64,000 nt of DNA from Puccinia triticina (lineage: Eukaryota), in the NCBI GenBank assembly GCA_026914245.1, contig CP110440.1, forward strand, positions 620,001-684,000, in the 5' to 3' direction. How positions within the stretch are numbered: the stretch's first letter is position 1; each line of letters opens with the position of its first letter. The notes under the pieces are model-generated. The model was not told the DNA's origin. It worked only from the letters and a program-made list of their open reading frames with translations, and searched no databases. This document shows positions 12,689 to 24,549 of the stretch, one piece after another. The position numbers and the translations under genes were made by a program.

Positions 12689-15172
12689 ATGAGTTTACCG
12701 TTCAGTCTACCAGATATGGAGAGCGGATTTGCTCCCTCCACCCCGTTTAGAAACAGAACATTGACAGGAACTTCGGGACTGAATTGGAATTCGGAATCTA
12801 CAAATCCACCTCCACCACCTAGGAAAGACAAGGGAAAGGGACCAGAGAATCAATTCAGAGAGCAGACTGAAGAGGACTTATCAGACACTGATGAAACTCC
12901 ACAACCCGAAAATATACCCCCAAGACAAACAACTCCACGACAACGACCTTCTGGGTACGGAATCCACAATACAGAAAATCAGCAAGAATATATGTTTCAG
13001 CCTCAATTTCAACAACAACAAATACCGATGCAAAATCCGCAACCTATGTATTATTACCCCCAACCAATACCCCAATCAAAGCCAGTCATCATCAAAGAAC
13101 CTGGGCTTTTCTACGAGGGTAGCCAGTTTATGAAGTTCCTGCAACGATTCGAGCGAGCGGCATATGGTCACGGAGCTTCGGATCGCGAGAAAGCAATCCA
13201 GATACCACGATTCATACGAACAGAAGAGTTAAAGTGCCAGCTTGAGGAAATGGATGGGTACGATGATTATGATTGGAAGAAGCTTCGAGCGGCAATGGTC
13301 AAAGCCTGGGGTGACCTCGATAATACGATCATGTATACTGTGGACGACCTTATCAAAGTAGCTAAGCAGCAAGCTAAAGAAGGAATTTCAAGCTATCGGG
13401 ATTATAAAGCGTACCTTGCAAAATTCACCCCGATCCTCAAGTATCTAGTAAAGAACGAACATATCAACAAAGACGATGACGCCGGTTTACTATTCTTAAG
13501 TGCCTTCTCGACAGAAAGCCAACGAAGCATTAAACGCACACTCATCAATAAAAATCAGCTTCCGAAGGCCAAGGATGGAAGTAACAAGGCACCAAAATGG
13601 GAAGACTTAACAAAGGCCGCGGAAACAGAGGTACAAGTTGACGAAGGTTACACAAATTTCTCCAGTTTCTCCGAATCCACGCGCATCATGCAGAAGGATT
13701 TGGATCTTAAGAAAGGCGACGGAAAGCGACGAGAGCAGATGCTAAAGGAAAGCCCAAGCAATAAGGAGGTAGAACAGAAACTACAAGAAGTACAGCAGGA
13801 GCTTGCCACGCTTAAACAACAGATCAAGAATGGAGCACCCACCGGCTATAATCGGCAAGGACCATCAGAAAAACAAGAATTCAACCGCGGAAATGCTCGG
13901 CCGTCAACCCCGCTATATGAAGCCCAGAACTGCTTTTATTGCAAGAGAGAAGGACACCCTACCTATCAATGCCCAGAAGCAGCAAAAGACATGAAACAAG
14001 GCTTGGTGAAGCGAATTGGTAAAGAATGGTATTTACCTGACGGCCAGCAAATACCGTGGGTACCTTCGAGACCAATACGATCAGTGGTTGCAGGAGCATC
14101 AGCCGAACCTCGAATGCAAGAAGCCATCAAGAAATTGGCGGACTCACAGCAAACTGAAAATGGGAACACGGCCTTCATGAAAGCCTCAGTACAAACCATC
14201 CATTGGAGCCCTCCTACCTTAGGCGCGGAAAACTTCATGAGATCTCATCCTGTCACTAGGTCAGAAGCTCAAAAAGGCCGACGCGAAGTTAGGATCCAGG
14301 AACCAGAAAAAGATGCCATGGATATTGATCGTGAAGAAGAAGTGGACAGATCACCAAAAGAAACTCCGAAAAAGGCGCCTGAGAAAGTCTGGAGCCGGGA
14401 ACGAGTACCGACAATCCTGAAAAGAGACTCACCAGAGGAAGCCCTACTACAGGACTTGGACAATGTCAAGATTCCCACAACGTTTGCACAACTCACTACG
14501 ATATCGCCTTCATACACAGAACAGATCATAGCAAAATTACAGGGACGTCTGTCAGGCAAGAATACCTCCACCACCTACATCGCAACTGAAGCGGCCAAAG
14601 TAGCTGCACCAATGACCACCTTACCAGAGGAAGAAGGACCTTCAGATCCATGCTACTACAGTTGTGCCCTGGGATACGTAACCGCGCAAGTTGGGGGAGA
14701 AAAAGTCGACTTTATGGTGGATTCCGGTTCTATGGTCAACGTCATACCCCGATCAGTAGCGGAGGACTTGGAGCTAGAATCTGTGATAGTGAACATACCC
14801 ATGCAAGGTGTTGGTGGAGCCAGATGCGACATTACCGGCGTAGTCGAGAACTGCCCAATACAGATCGGCCGATTTTCCGGACCCGCTCACCTCTTTATAT
14901 CACCAAAGGCTCAAGATTGTATTTTAGGGCGACCTTTTCTATTTGATTACGATTGCACTTTAGAATACCACGAAACAGGGGAGACTCTCACGTTTCAAGG
15001 AAACAAGGGTCGGCGAATTTCGGTACCATTGGCTCGAACCGGACAAGGACGAGGATGGGATAATCGAAAGGATCTCAGTACCAATAGTATGAAATCAGTC
15101 CCAGCATCAGAACCTAGCGATAACGAAGAACATCGAATGTTTAAGAAGAAGCCGAATCAGCATTTTTTATAA
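12689..15172 (+). CDS. gag: Gag-protease polyprotein, 827 aa
   Basis: Zinc knuckle CFYCKREGHPTYQC and aspartic protease motifs FMVDSGS and ILGRPFL in one ORF. Confidence 0.92.
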   Translation: MSLPFSLPDMESGFAPSTPFRNRTLTGTSGLNWNSESTNPPPPPRKDKGKGPENQFREQTEEDLSDTDETPQPENIPPRQTTPRQRPSGYGIHNTENQQEYMFQPQFQQQQIPMQNPQPMYYYPQPIPQSKPVIIKEPGLFYEGSQFMKFLQRFERAAYGHGASDREKAIQIPRFIRTEELKCQLEEMDGYDDYDWKKLRAAMVKAWGDLDNTIMYTVDDLIKVAKQQAKEGISSYRDYKAYLAKFTPILKYLVKNEHINKDDDAGLLFLSAFSTESQRSIKRTLINKNQLPKAKDGSNKAPKWEDLTKAAETEVQVDEGYTNFSSFSESTRIMQKDLDLKKGDGKRREQMLKESPSNKEVEQKLQEVQQELATLKQQIKNGAPTGYNRQGPSEKQEFNRGNARPSTPLYEAQNCFYCKREGHPTYQCPEAAKDMKQGLVKRIGKEWYLPDGQQIPWVPSRPIRSVVAGASAEPRMQEAIKKLADSQQTENGNTAFMKASVQTIHWSPPTLGAENFMRSHPVTRSEAQKGRREVRIQEPEKDAMDIDREEEVDRSPKETPKKAPEKVWSRERVPTILKRDSPEEALLQDLDNVKIPTTFAQLTTISPSYTEQIIAKLQGRLSGKNTSTTYIATEAAKVAAPMTTLPEEEGPSDPCYYSCALGYVTAQVGGEKVDFMVDSGSMVNVIPRSVAEDLELESVIVNIPMQGVGGARCDITGVVENCPIQIGRFSGPAHLFISPKAQDCILGRPFLFDYDCTLEYHETGETLTFQGNKGRRISVPLARTGQGRGWDNRKDLSTNSMKSVPASEPSDNEEHRMFKKKPNQHFL

Positions 15173-15240
15173 CTACCGGCATCCAGCTAGGGAGTAATTT
15201 GCTTCAGCTAGTCAAGCAGGTTATATCTCGGACGCCGGGT
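15163..15240 (+). promoter_or_regulatory. Putative -1 programmed ribosomal frameshift signal
   Basis: T TTT TTA immediately before the gag TAA. The -1 frame is open into pol. Downstream stems CCGGCATCC/GGACGCCGG and TAATTTGCTT/AAGCAGGTTA. Confidence 0.75.
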
Positions 15241-18200
15241 TCTCTCGACTGGCCTAAATCATTTCTCCTAAAAAACTTTCAACAAACATCAAAACAGACA
15301 AAAATATTTTTTTCTAAAATCCTATCACTCATAGAGAATATTCTTATCATTTTCTTTACGCTATTGAAAATCTATAACATTAGAAAAGACTCACTACCAG
15401 TTCCAGAAACAGTGCCTTCGGAAAAACCCGGCATTTTTGGATTAACTCCTTCAGTCAACACCACTAGAATACCGAAACCGGACAGCAACTCACAACAGCT
15501 TCTTGGATCCTTACTTACTAAAGGTTTGGGATCAAGGTTTCAAGATGGATTGTGCCAGAGTTGGAGGGACGGAAGCTTGTGGTGCATGACAAAGTATAAA
15601 CCTGTAGCAAAGAAAATCAGACCAATCAATCAACCAATTCCACAAGCGCTGAATCCACCTCTTCAAAGACCACCGCTATCACGAGATCCCTACCAAACAC
15701 CTCTTACGCCTCATCCACCAGACTTTAAGCCTACCGCTAGGATTACGGAAGAACGCTTGAAGGTAGTAAACTTTGGACCCGACGGATGGCTGTGGGAGGA
15801 GGAATTAAAATTGTTCAAGCATTTAATCGTGATTCGAGAAAAAGCTGTGGCCTTCACGCCGGAGGAAAGAGGACTCTTGAAACATTCATATGGTTTACCA
15901 TATGTCATACCGGTAATTGATCATGTACCATGGCAGAAGAAACCGATTCCAATCCCAGCAGCAATCAAAGACGAATACGTGGAGCAAGTACGGGAACGGG
16001 TACGGAATAAACTCTACGAGCAATCAACGTCAAGTTACTCTAGTCCGGTTTTTTGCGTACTCAAACATGACGGGAAGTTAAGGATAGTTCACGACTTACA
16101 AGAAATGAATAAAGTCACCATCAAAGACGCAGGGCTACCACCAGCAACAGAAGAGTTTGTGGAATCCTTTGCCGGACGAGCCTGTTATGGATTAGGTGAT
16201 ATTATGGGTGGATATGACGAAAGGGAATTGGCCCCGGAATCAAGACCTCTCACCACCTTTGATACTCCGTTAGGAAGATTTCAACTCACCAGACTTCCGC
16301 AGGGCGCAACCAATTCAGTAGCAGTCTATCAAGCACAAATGATGTGGATTCTCCAGGATGAGATACCCGACCACGTAGGCGTATTTATTGACGATGGCGG
16401 TATCAAAGGGCCAAGTTCCACATACAATGATGAAGTTTTAGAAGAGAATCCCGGAATTCGACGTTTTATCTGGGAATACGCTCAAACGCTGGAAAGAATC
16501 TTATTCCGAATTGAAGAGGCGGGACTCACTATCTCAGGAAAGAAATTTGCATGCTGCGTACCTGCTTTGGATATTGTGGGTCATGTGGTCTGCAAAGAAG
16601 GAAGAAGGGTTTCAGATCAGAAGAAGAATAAGATAACGACATGGCCAACTCCCAATAACGTCACGGAACTCCGAGGCTTCATGGGAATCGTAACTTATGT
16701 CAGGATTTTCGTCAGGAATCTGTCTGAAATAGCTGCTCCACTCCGAAGGCTGACACAAAAGGACGTAGAATGGCTCTGGGACAAAAGCTGTGACGATGCC
16801 TTCAATCAGCTAAAAGAGATAATTGGAGAAGATATCACCCTGAAGAACCTTGATTATTCGAAAGACGCAGGGCTTATTGTTTTAGCAGTGGACTCCAGTT
16901 TCATTGCGGCCGGTGCAGTACTCTCACAACAGGAGCTTGAAACCGGATTAAATCGACCAGTATTGTACGAATCAATTGTGTTTTCGCCAGTCGAATCAAA
17001 ATATTCACAGCCTAAACTGGAACTCTGTGGGGTGGCACGAATCCTGAAAAAACTACAAACGCTCTTATGGGGTCAACATTTCGAACTCCAAGTGGACGCG
17101 CAGTCCCTAATTCAAATGATCAACTCACCTTCACTTCCAAATGCCCCCATGACAAGATGGGTAGCATTCATCCAACTTTTTTCGTTCGAAATGGTGCATA
17201 AGCCAGGGAAAACGTTCACGATGCCAGACGCCTTGTCCAGACGTCCAATAAGCGACGAAGAGGAAGAATTCTACAATGATACGGAAGACTTTGACGAGGA
17301 AGAACCCCTAATCAAAGCCTGCTCATGGTATAACATAATTTCAGCCTCAACGGAACTATTGGAGTGGGAGACTTCTGGTTTCTGGACAGACCTCAAATAT
17401 TATCTACAAACACTGCAGAGACCTTGTTCTATGGATCTGGAGGACTTTCAGAAACTTAAACAAAAATCGGTTAACTATTTTATCCAGAATGGACGACTCA
17501 TGAGAAGACATTCACCCATGCCACAACTAGTGATCTCCAAGATATCCTACCAGAGCAAGTTATTACGAATGGTTCACGAAGATCTAGGACACCGGGGACT
17601 TGAGGAAACATACCAGCGATTAGTCTGCCGATTTTGGTGGCCAAGTTTGAAGAAAAAAGTCAAATTATGGGTACATAGCTGCGAACCTTGTCAAAAGAGG
17701 GACCCATTAGTTCCACGAGAAATACGGCACCCCACAGGAGAGAGTAGCTTATTCGGACGAGTAGCTTTGGACGTCTGTCATATCAAAGCTGGACGGTACA
17801 AGTACTTGCTAGTAGCACGGGATGATTTGTCTGGATGGGTTGAAGCAGCTCCTCTGGTGAAACTGACAGCCGCAACTATTGGAAAATTTCTCCTTGAAGA
17901 ATGGGTCTATCAATATGGCGTAATCAAAGCGGTGACGGCAGACAATGGACCGGAATTCAAGAATGAATTCATCAAAGCAGTCGAAAAGATTGGAGCAGTA
18001 TTTAGGCCTCCTACACCTTATTATCCTGAAGCCAATGGTATGATTGAAAGAGGACACCGACCCATTAAAGACACCCTAATCAAGATGTGTGGCGAATCTG
18101 GTGGGAAATGGAGGGAATATCTGCCTTTAGTACTCTTTGCTGACAGAATTTCGACAAAACGCACAACGGGATATTCACCTTACGAGCTGGTGTTTGGCCA

Positions 18201-18735
18201 GAAAGCGGTTCTCCCGGTTGACTTGGAAATGGACACTTATCTGGGGATTGATTGGACTGAAGTCAGCACCACGGAACAACTCTTGGAGGCAAGGACTATG
18301 CAACTGGAACGTCGAGAAGAAATTCTAGGGATAGCTCACGAAAAGTTGATGAAGGTCAGAAATTCATCTGTTCAATACTGGGATCGACGAATGGCAGCAA
18401 GACTTCGGAAGCCGTTAGATCCAGGAGAACTAGTTTTGGTCTACAACAAAAGCCTGGAGGATCAGTGGGGAAAGTTGTTTGCAAATCGATGGAACGGACC
18501 TTTTCGGATCAAGCAACAACTACCCAAGGGTTCCTATATCTTGGAAGAATTGGATGGGACTGAACTCAAGAGGGCTTATGCAGCTTCACATATCAAACGG
18601 TTTTACCCTCGAGGACGTGAACTAGCAGACATTCAGGAGGATGAGGATCCATCTCAGCCGGAGCCTGCAGACGACGAAATGGAGGAAGTATCTGGCAAGA
18701 GTTCGGATGGTGGATCATCAGATGGCTCTGACTGA
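15169..18735 (+). CDS. pol: Pol (RT-RNase H-integrase), probably entered by -1 frameshift
   Basis: RT motifs RLPQG and FIDD, RNase H (VDSS, YSQPKLE), integrase HHCC plus D..DNG..E. Uninterrupted ORF. Confidence 0.93.
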   Translation: MTTGIQLGSNLLQLVKQVISRTPGSLDWPKSFLLKNFQQTSKQTKIFFSKILSLIENILIIFFTLLKIYNIRKDSLPVPETVPSEKPGIFGLTPSVNTTRIPKPDSNSQQLLGSLLTKGLGSRFQDGLCQSWRDGSLWCMTKYKPVAKKIRPINQPIPQALNPPLQRPPLSRDPYQTPLTPHPPDFKPTARITEERLKVVNFGPDGWLWEEELKLFKHLIVIREKAVAFTPEERGLLKHSYGLPYVIPVIDHVPWQKKPIPIPAAIKDEYVEQVRERVRNKLYEQSTSSYSSPVFCVLKHDGKLRIVHDLQEMNKVTIKDAGLPPATEEFVESFAGRACYGLGDIMGGYDERELAPESRPLTTFDTPLGRFQLTRLPQGATNSVAVYQAQMMWILQDEIPDHVGVFIDDGGIKGPSSTYNDEVLEENPGIRRFIWEYAQTLERILFRIEEAGLTISGKKFACCVPALDIVGHVVCKEGRRVSDQKKNKITTWPTPNNVTELRGFMGIVTYVRIFVRNLSEIAAPLRRLTQKDVEWLWDKSCDDAFNQLKEIIGEDITLKNLDYSKDAGLIVLAVDSSFIAAGAVLSQQELETGLNRPVLYESIVFSPVESKYSQPKLELCGVARILKKLQTLLWGQHFELQVDAQSLIQMINSPSLPNAPMTRWVAFIQLFSFEMVHKPGKTFTMPDALSRRPISDEEEEFYNDTEDFDEEEPLIKACSWYNIISASTELLEWETSGFWTDLKYYLQTLQRPCSMDLEDFQKLKQKSVNYFIQNGRLMRRHSPMPQLVISKISYQSKLLRMVHEDLGHRGLEETYQRLVCRFWWPSLKKKVKLWVHSCEPCQKRDPLVPREIRHPTGESSLFGRVALDVCHIKAGRYKYLLVARDDLSGWVEAAPLVKLTAATIGKFLLEEWVYQYGVIKAVTADNGPEFKNEFIKAVEKIGAVFRPPTPYYPEANGMIERGHRPIKDTLIKMCGESGGKWREYLPLVLFADRISTKRTTGYSPYELVFGQKAVLPVDLEMDTYLGIDWTEVSTTEQLLEARTMQLERREEILGIAHEKLMKVRNSSVQYWDRRMAARLRKPLDPGELVLVYNKSLEDQWGKLFANRWNGPFRIKQQLPKGSYILEELDGTELKRAYAASHIKRFYPRGRELADIQEDEDPSQPEPADDEMEEVSGKSSDGGSSDGSD

Positions 18736-19131
18736 GCTGGATCACACCTACCAGGGTTGTTGTTTAAGTTGGGGGAGGAAAAAAGACCTGCTCCTGACAA
18801 AGTCACTCTTTAAATAATTTCAATTGTCAGTTCAGTGGATATCAGGACCATCTTTTCAAACCAAAGCAAAAACTCAACATATAACAACAAAAAAAAAAAA
18901 AAAAAAAAAACCTCACACAGCTTCTATACTGTTCCTTCTTCTCCATTTCTCTTATCTTTTTTCTCTCTCTTTCTCTCTCAGTGGTATGCTTACAGGGAAG
19001 GTTGGGGACAACCTGTTTAAGTTGGGGGAGGGGGGTCTGGGATGGATTAATTTCAAAAATGAAAAGAACAAAAGACAACAATAAAATAAAAATAACTAAT
19101 CATCTTTATCCTTAGGGTTCTGGGGGTTTTA

Positions 19132-19163
<32 letters not shown>

Positions 19164-19329
19164 GAGTTTTTTAGGATTATCTATCGATTTTTTTTGAGAA
19201 GGATACGTTTTACCCCGGGTACTCTGGACAAAAGATTAGTAACAACAAAAAACTAGGAAAGAAACAAGCCAGAGGATCAGTATTGTGGGTGTAAGCAGGT
19301 GTAAAAAGAGGAGGAAACTCACGAAGGAA

Positions 19330-20504
19330 CTAGTCATTGTAGCCAGCTTGACGCATGGTAGATCGAAACTCTTCGGATACGACCTGGAAGATGTGAACTC
19401 GCTGGATTCGACCGTTGACGACCTCGTTGGGAATCTGCTGGCAGTAGGGTACGAAGGCTCGAGCAAAAGTGTGATAGAGCCTAGTATAGGCCTCGGAGTC
19501 GATTGCGAAACGAGCACGATGCTCGATAGCTAAGGGACGATGGGGCTCCAGGAGAGCTTGGACTTGGAGGTCGCTTAAGAAGGGGTAATCCTTGATCGGG
19601 GGTTGACCAATGATGGAGGGGGTGGAAGCACGAGAAATGCTACTCATGCTGACGTCGTCCGCCAGATCAGTCTCGGTGACACCATCGGCATCGGCCTCAC
19701 CATTGGCATCACCATCGGCATCATCAACGCCGTCGGCATCGGCACCACCTTCAGGATCAACGGCATCAACCTCGATGGGTTGATGACCGTTGGGCTCGTT
19801 ACCAGTAGGCGCGGGCTGGTTAAGCCAGTCGGCAGGTGATAGAGTAAGGAGAAGGACGTACACCACCCGACCACTCAATAAGGAGGTCCATCCCATCATC
19901 GGCGCGATCGGTCTCGGCAGTAGCTTCCCCGGATTGAGATGAGCCTGACGCACCCGAACCCTGGGAACGATCCCCATACTCGGCCGAGGAATGAGACCCG
20001 TACTCGGACGAATCTGCGATCGAGTTTCGACAGCTGATAGCCGGCGAAGTGAGGTTGCTGGGACGAGGAGCAGCCGGTACCAGCCACTCGTCGCCTATGA
20101 CAACTCGGTTGGATACTAAGAACTGTGTGGCGAAGATCGGTGGTCAGGAACTCGCATGGGAAAAAAAGGGAAGAGAAAGATTGACTCACTGGATTGTCGG
20201 CTTCGTCGGAAGCGGGTCGATAAACGGGCGAGTTGGGATGCGATCTCTCACCCGGGAGGCGAGGTTGGTATACTGGAGACGCCTGGCCGGGACTGGCTGC
20301 ATCCGCACCCTGAAAGCGGGGGTGGAGGCCCACCAACCCGGGGGGAACCCGCGACGGGGAGGGCGACGGGGTCCGGAGTTCGGACGGGGAATCCGGACGA
20401 TCACTGGATGCGATAATCTGAAGTAACCGAAGAATGGAGTCAGTATCGGATCGGATAGCTTACAGCGGTCCGGATATACAACTCACCGAAGCCACTTGGG
20501 CCAT
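19330..20504 (-). CDS. Putative antisense spliced gene inside the Gypsy element, about 330 aa: join(20504..20487,20417..20190,20122..19862,19815..19330)
   Basis: Three phase-0 GT-AG introns (69, 67 and 46 nt; donors GTGAGT, GTGAGT, GTACGT) join into one stop-free frame. Ser/Pro/acidic N-terminal part and a helical-looking C-terminal part. Confidence 0.65.
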
Positions 20505-20576
20505 CGCCGATCCGGCAACGACAAAAGGCCGATGATCCGGAGAAGCCGGGCCATCAGCTGAGCGATTGACTCGGGT

Positions 20577-20877
20577 TCAAGGTCGATTGGGGCAGTTGAA
20601 CGCTTCCAAACGCTGGCGGGACCATTGGAACCATGAAGGACGAATCACCCCGCCTCTGTACATAGGCCCGTCCATGATAAGGATAGGGTTGTGTACAGAG
20701 GAACCTGGCTAGTAGCAGAACAACCAACACGGGTCAGCAGTGCGACAGGACGGCAAGCTACTGGTATGAGGAACAAAATGGACGCACTCGAGTTGAAGCG
20801 CTAGCAGAGGCCCCGCGGGCTCGTAACTGGTAAGGGGACGGGGAAAAGTAGGTACGATAGTAGGGTCTGTTGGACAT
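20577..20877 (-). CDS. Putative small spliced antisense ORF, 73 aa: join(20877..20788,20708..20577)
   Basis: ATG, then a 79-nt intron GTGCGT...GCTGAC...CTAG, in frame. Confidence 0.35.
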
Positions 20878-22143
20878 GGTAGCAGACGAAAGTAATAAGC
20901 CTAGAAAAGTAGTACTGGGGAGGAGTGAGGTGGATGATGAGGTGGGAGGAGGCAAGGGGAACCTTTTTTATACTCACCTCGGATTCTGTGAGGACTCATA
21001 GGGACTTAAGGACCCGTAGTCCTTTTGCCCCATGCGCGGGCTCTGAACGGAGGCCACAGACCATTGGTAACTAGAGGTTGGATCGTTCGACTTGACCGAA
21101 TAGGAACCCCAGATAGAGTCGAGCCGGACGGCGTGCGGGGCCATCTCTCCCTCCGGAACGATACGTACTCGAACCCACGGCCGCTATGAGAAGCCGGCTG
21201 TTGTAGGAAGCGGAAAGAATGCGGCAATTAGTCTTACCGTCTTAGGGCCGGCCGCTATGAGATCGCCGGCTGGAAACCAACCTTGCCGGCGAAGGCAGCC
21301 CAATCAGAAACCCCGAAGACCTGTCAGATTCGGTGGTGCGAGTGGGGCTGGTAATAAATCTGACGGCTGCATCAGCCAACGTAACGGCCACTCAGCTGTC
21401 GAGGAAGAACACGAACGCACTTACTTCGAAAATGAACCCTGCTCACTAGCAGGGTTCAGTTTAGCTGCAGGCTTGGATGGTGCGAGACCTCGACGGCGGC
21501 GGTTGACCATTGGCGGCAGTGATGTATCCGAGGGAATCGGAAGGTCGGCGAAGTTGTGTATGGGTCTTGAACCCCAAACCCATACGCCTTGAACTCCTGA
21601 ATAAGCCATACCCCCGAAGGGGGTACGACCGACACACATACACACTTGAGACCCGAATGCGGGGTCGGGATAGCTATTGGACGGGTACGACCAACACTAA
21701 GTACCCGGGCCCAAAGCCCGATCAGTCAACCATCAAGAACGGGTACGAGTCCCCGATCACTACTCGACACTCGAGGCCCGCGGCCTCGACAGCGCGCACC
21801 CTGAGGCGCTGGAGCAGCAGCTGCGGCCGCCACCATAGCACAAGCAGCACCATTGCGCAACTGCGCAACTGCGGACTGCGGACTGCGCGCAGCACTTCGA
21901 CTCCCAGACACCTTAAAAATTTCCCTTCAAGAAAAGTCAGAAAAACGACAAAAGTTGAATTTTTGACCAAAATTCACCCCACCCAGCCTCTCTGACACAG
22001 TACCCAGAAGACGTCCAACGGCCAAATTCCCAAGGATTCTTCATGTCACCCAGTAAAAAACTCAAGCCTCAAGCTTCCAAAATTCAAGATACGGCACTTT
22101 TCCGGTGGAATTGTCTGGGGACAGACAATAAGTTGGGGGAGGA

Positions 22144-22946
22144 TGTGGTAGACGGAAAAGTGAAAAATCAAAAGTTTTTTCGCATACATATATTTACTCA
22201 CAATACGCCTCAAGATACCATCAAACAGACCTCAGAAATGGATTCTACGGCCAATTTTACCCCTAGTCACCACTGAAAGCATCACCTGAACCCCGCTGGA
22301 TTGGAACCTACACTTCTTTGGACACTGGACACCCATCACACGTTCAACATACCCAGTCACCAGCCTGTCACCAGCCTCAATTCAAGGATCACAGCATTAT
22401 GCTTATACAAATCACAGGATACAAACATACATCTCCCCATCAGACTGCAGTCATTACATATTATCAAGTACTCTTCTATTTCCATATTATGATGTCATCA
22501 CACACTGACTCTGCAGCCTCAGACTTCATTTATGCACCCCCTGCATCCACCTGTCAACTCATGCAGTCTACTGTCACTTTACGCAGCCTTCATGTGGCCC
22601 TACTGCATTCTTATGACATCATTTATGTACCCCTGACACATTATGACATCATTTGTATCTACTCCCACCAGCTAAAATCCCTCACACTGTTGTCTAGATT
22701 AGTCAAAACCCTAACCCACAAGCCCTCTGGGGCTCCACTTTTGTCTATATAAGGAGCTCCCTCCTCCCCAGTTGTCAGCTCCTCAGTTCATTACTCACCA
22801 ATCACAGTCACCCCAACATTTACAGTTCAGCCTTATATATATACTTAAACAACCTACATAACAACCCTTACATTAACAATAACAACAATTTATTCAGTGT
22901 CATCAACAAGCTCATCTTGAACCAACCAACCCTATCACTTCATTAA

Positions 22947-22978
<32 letters not shown>

Positions 22979-23068
22979 ATCTGATAGTATAGAAGGGCAG
23001 AGTTTGCACCTCCATCATCCCCTTCTCCATTCAGCAAAAGGTTCTCAGGAACACTTTTGAGTCTTACA
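22144..23068 (+). repeat. 3' LTR
   Basis: Direct repeat of 11157-12081, preceded by the PPT. Confidence 0.95.
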
Positions 23069-24549
23069 CCGCTGTGTATGTATTAGCAGCGCCTGATCCA
23101 CGGGTCCAGATGAGGTTGTGTGGCACACCCAAAGGCTTGTCTGGTTGTTATGCGTGGAAAGAGTCCGTTGGGCAGGCCGCGGCAAGATTGTAGGTTGTTA
23201 CTGGCATATTTGGCTAGATTGAAATTGGTTGGTATGGGGGCAATGTGACCTCATGGAACAAAGAAACGGTTGCTGAGTGGCATCAAGGAATGGAGAGAGA
23301 CAGCTTGGGCAGGTGGACGGGCCGTGGTTTGATATATAGGAGGATGTTATCCAATAGGATTTTCCCCGGGCGATTGGGGATGCTGCACTTCCAGCTACCC
23401 ATTGTCCTCAACCCCTCCGCTGTTGCGCGTGCACAGTTTGAGGGGCAAAGAGTGGGCCCCCCACTGGTCAGCAGCCTTTGCTGCGGGCCGGGGGCCTTCA
23501 TGTCCAACCTTTTTGACCTGTGCGCTTGACGCAGGCTAGAGGTTGAGCCTGGGGGCACAGCACTGCTGATGTTGGAAGGCTAGTTTGAGAGTTTATAGTG
23601 CTACAATATTATTATTTTTTTGATTCATATTGATTGAGGAAAAGTTGTGGATTTTGTATTGGTTTTTTGTACAATGGGGAAACCCAAGATGTTTTTTTTT
23701 TTTCATTTTGTGTGTTTACAGGGGGAACCCTTGATTTTTTTTTTTAGGGTTCTGGATTAAAATCTGTGTTTTTAATAAACTTGGATTTAGACTTCCCACC
23801 ACTCTGGACTCCATCTTCCTTTGGCTTCTTCTCTTGGATTTGGACCCTTGATATTATACCTGGACTCCATCTTCCTTTGGCTTCTTATTTTGGATTTGGA
23901 CCCTCGATAGTATACCTTGTTCCCCATCATGGAATCAATCATTCATTCCCTCATCAATCATTCATTCCTCCATCAATCATTCATTCTTCCATGAATCATT
24001 CTTTTTTTCCCCAATCATCCATCCATCCATCAACATTCCTTACCATCTTATAGCAATTACTGGACATCCAACCACCACAATACTGGAATTTCTTCATCAT
24101 CTTCACCCTGTATTCTAGAAATTATTTAACTTACTTGGATCATTACATCACATTCTTTTCACGGATATTTTCTCACATACTAAACTCTTTACATAAATTA
24201 CTCATTATGTACTATGCCTATTGTACACATTACATCATTGGATCTGTGCTTACCTCTTTCAGTAGTGCTCATCATTACAAGTTGTTACTATGTTCACATC
24301 ACTTTCCCCATTTGTACAGTCTTTTCTTCCCATAGCCAGAACCCTTCCCCATTTGTACAACCTTCATTCCCATAGCCAGAATTCCTTATTGTCTGTGCTC
24401 ATCCTTCCTTCATATAAGAACTGTCTTTCCCCCCTCAGTTGTACCCCAGCAAATAGCAGAGAATTATATGCAGAGATTATATACAGAAACTATAGTAGAA
24501 ATCACTCATCACCTATTGCTCATTGATACCATTGCAGTTGCTCCTGAGC

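Larger units (their letters stand above)
11157..23068 (+). mobile_element. Full-length young Ty3/Gypsy LTR retrotransposon
   Basis: Two 925-bp LTRs with about 1 difference seen, 4-bp TSD CCGC, PPT AAGTTGGGGGAGGA, and intact gag-PR and pol ORFs. Confidence 0.96.

Noticed and set aside
19330..19977. env-like third ORF
   Set aside because: Antisense, with no signal peptide or transmembrane segment; better explained as the last exon of the spliced antisense gene.
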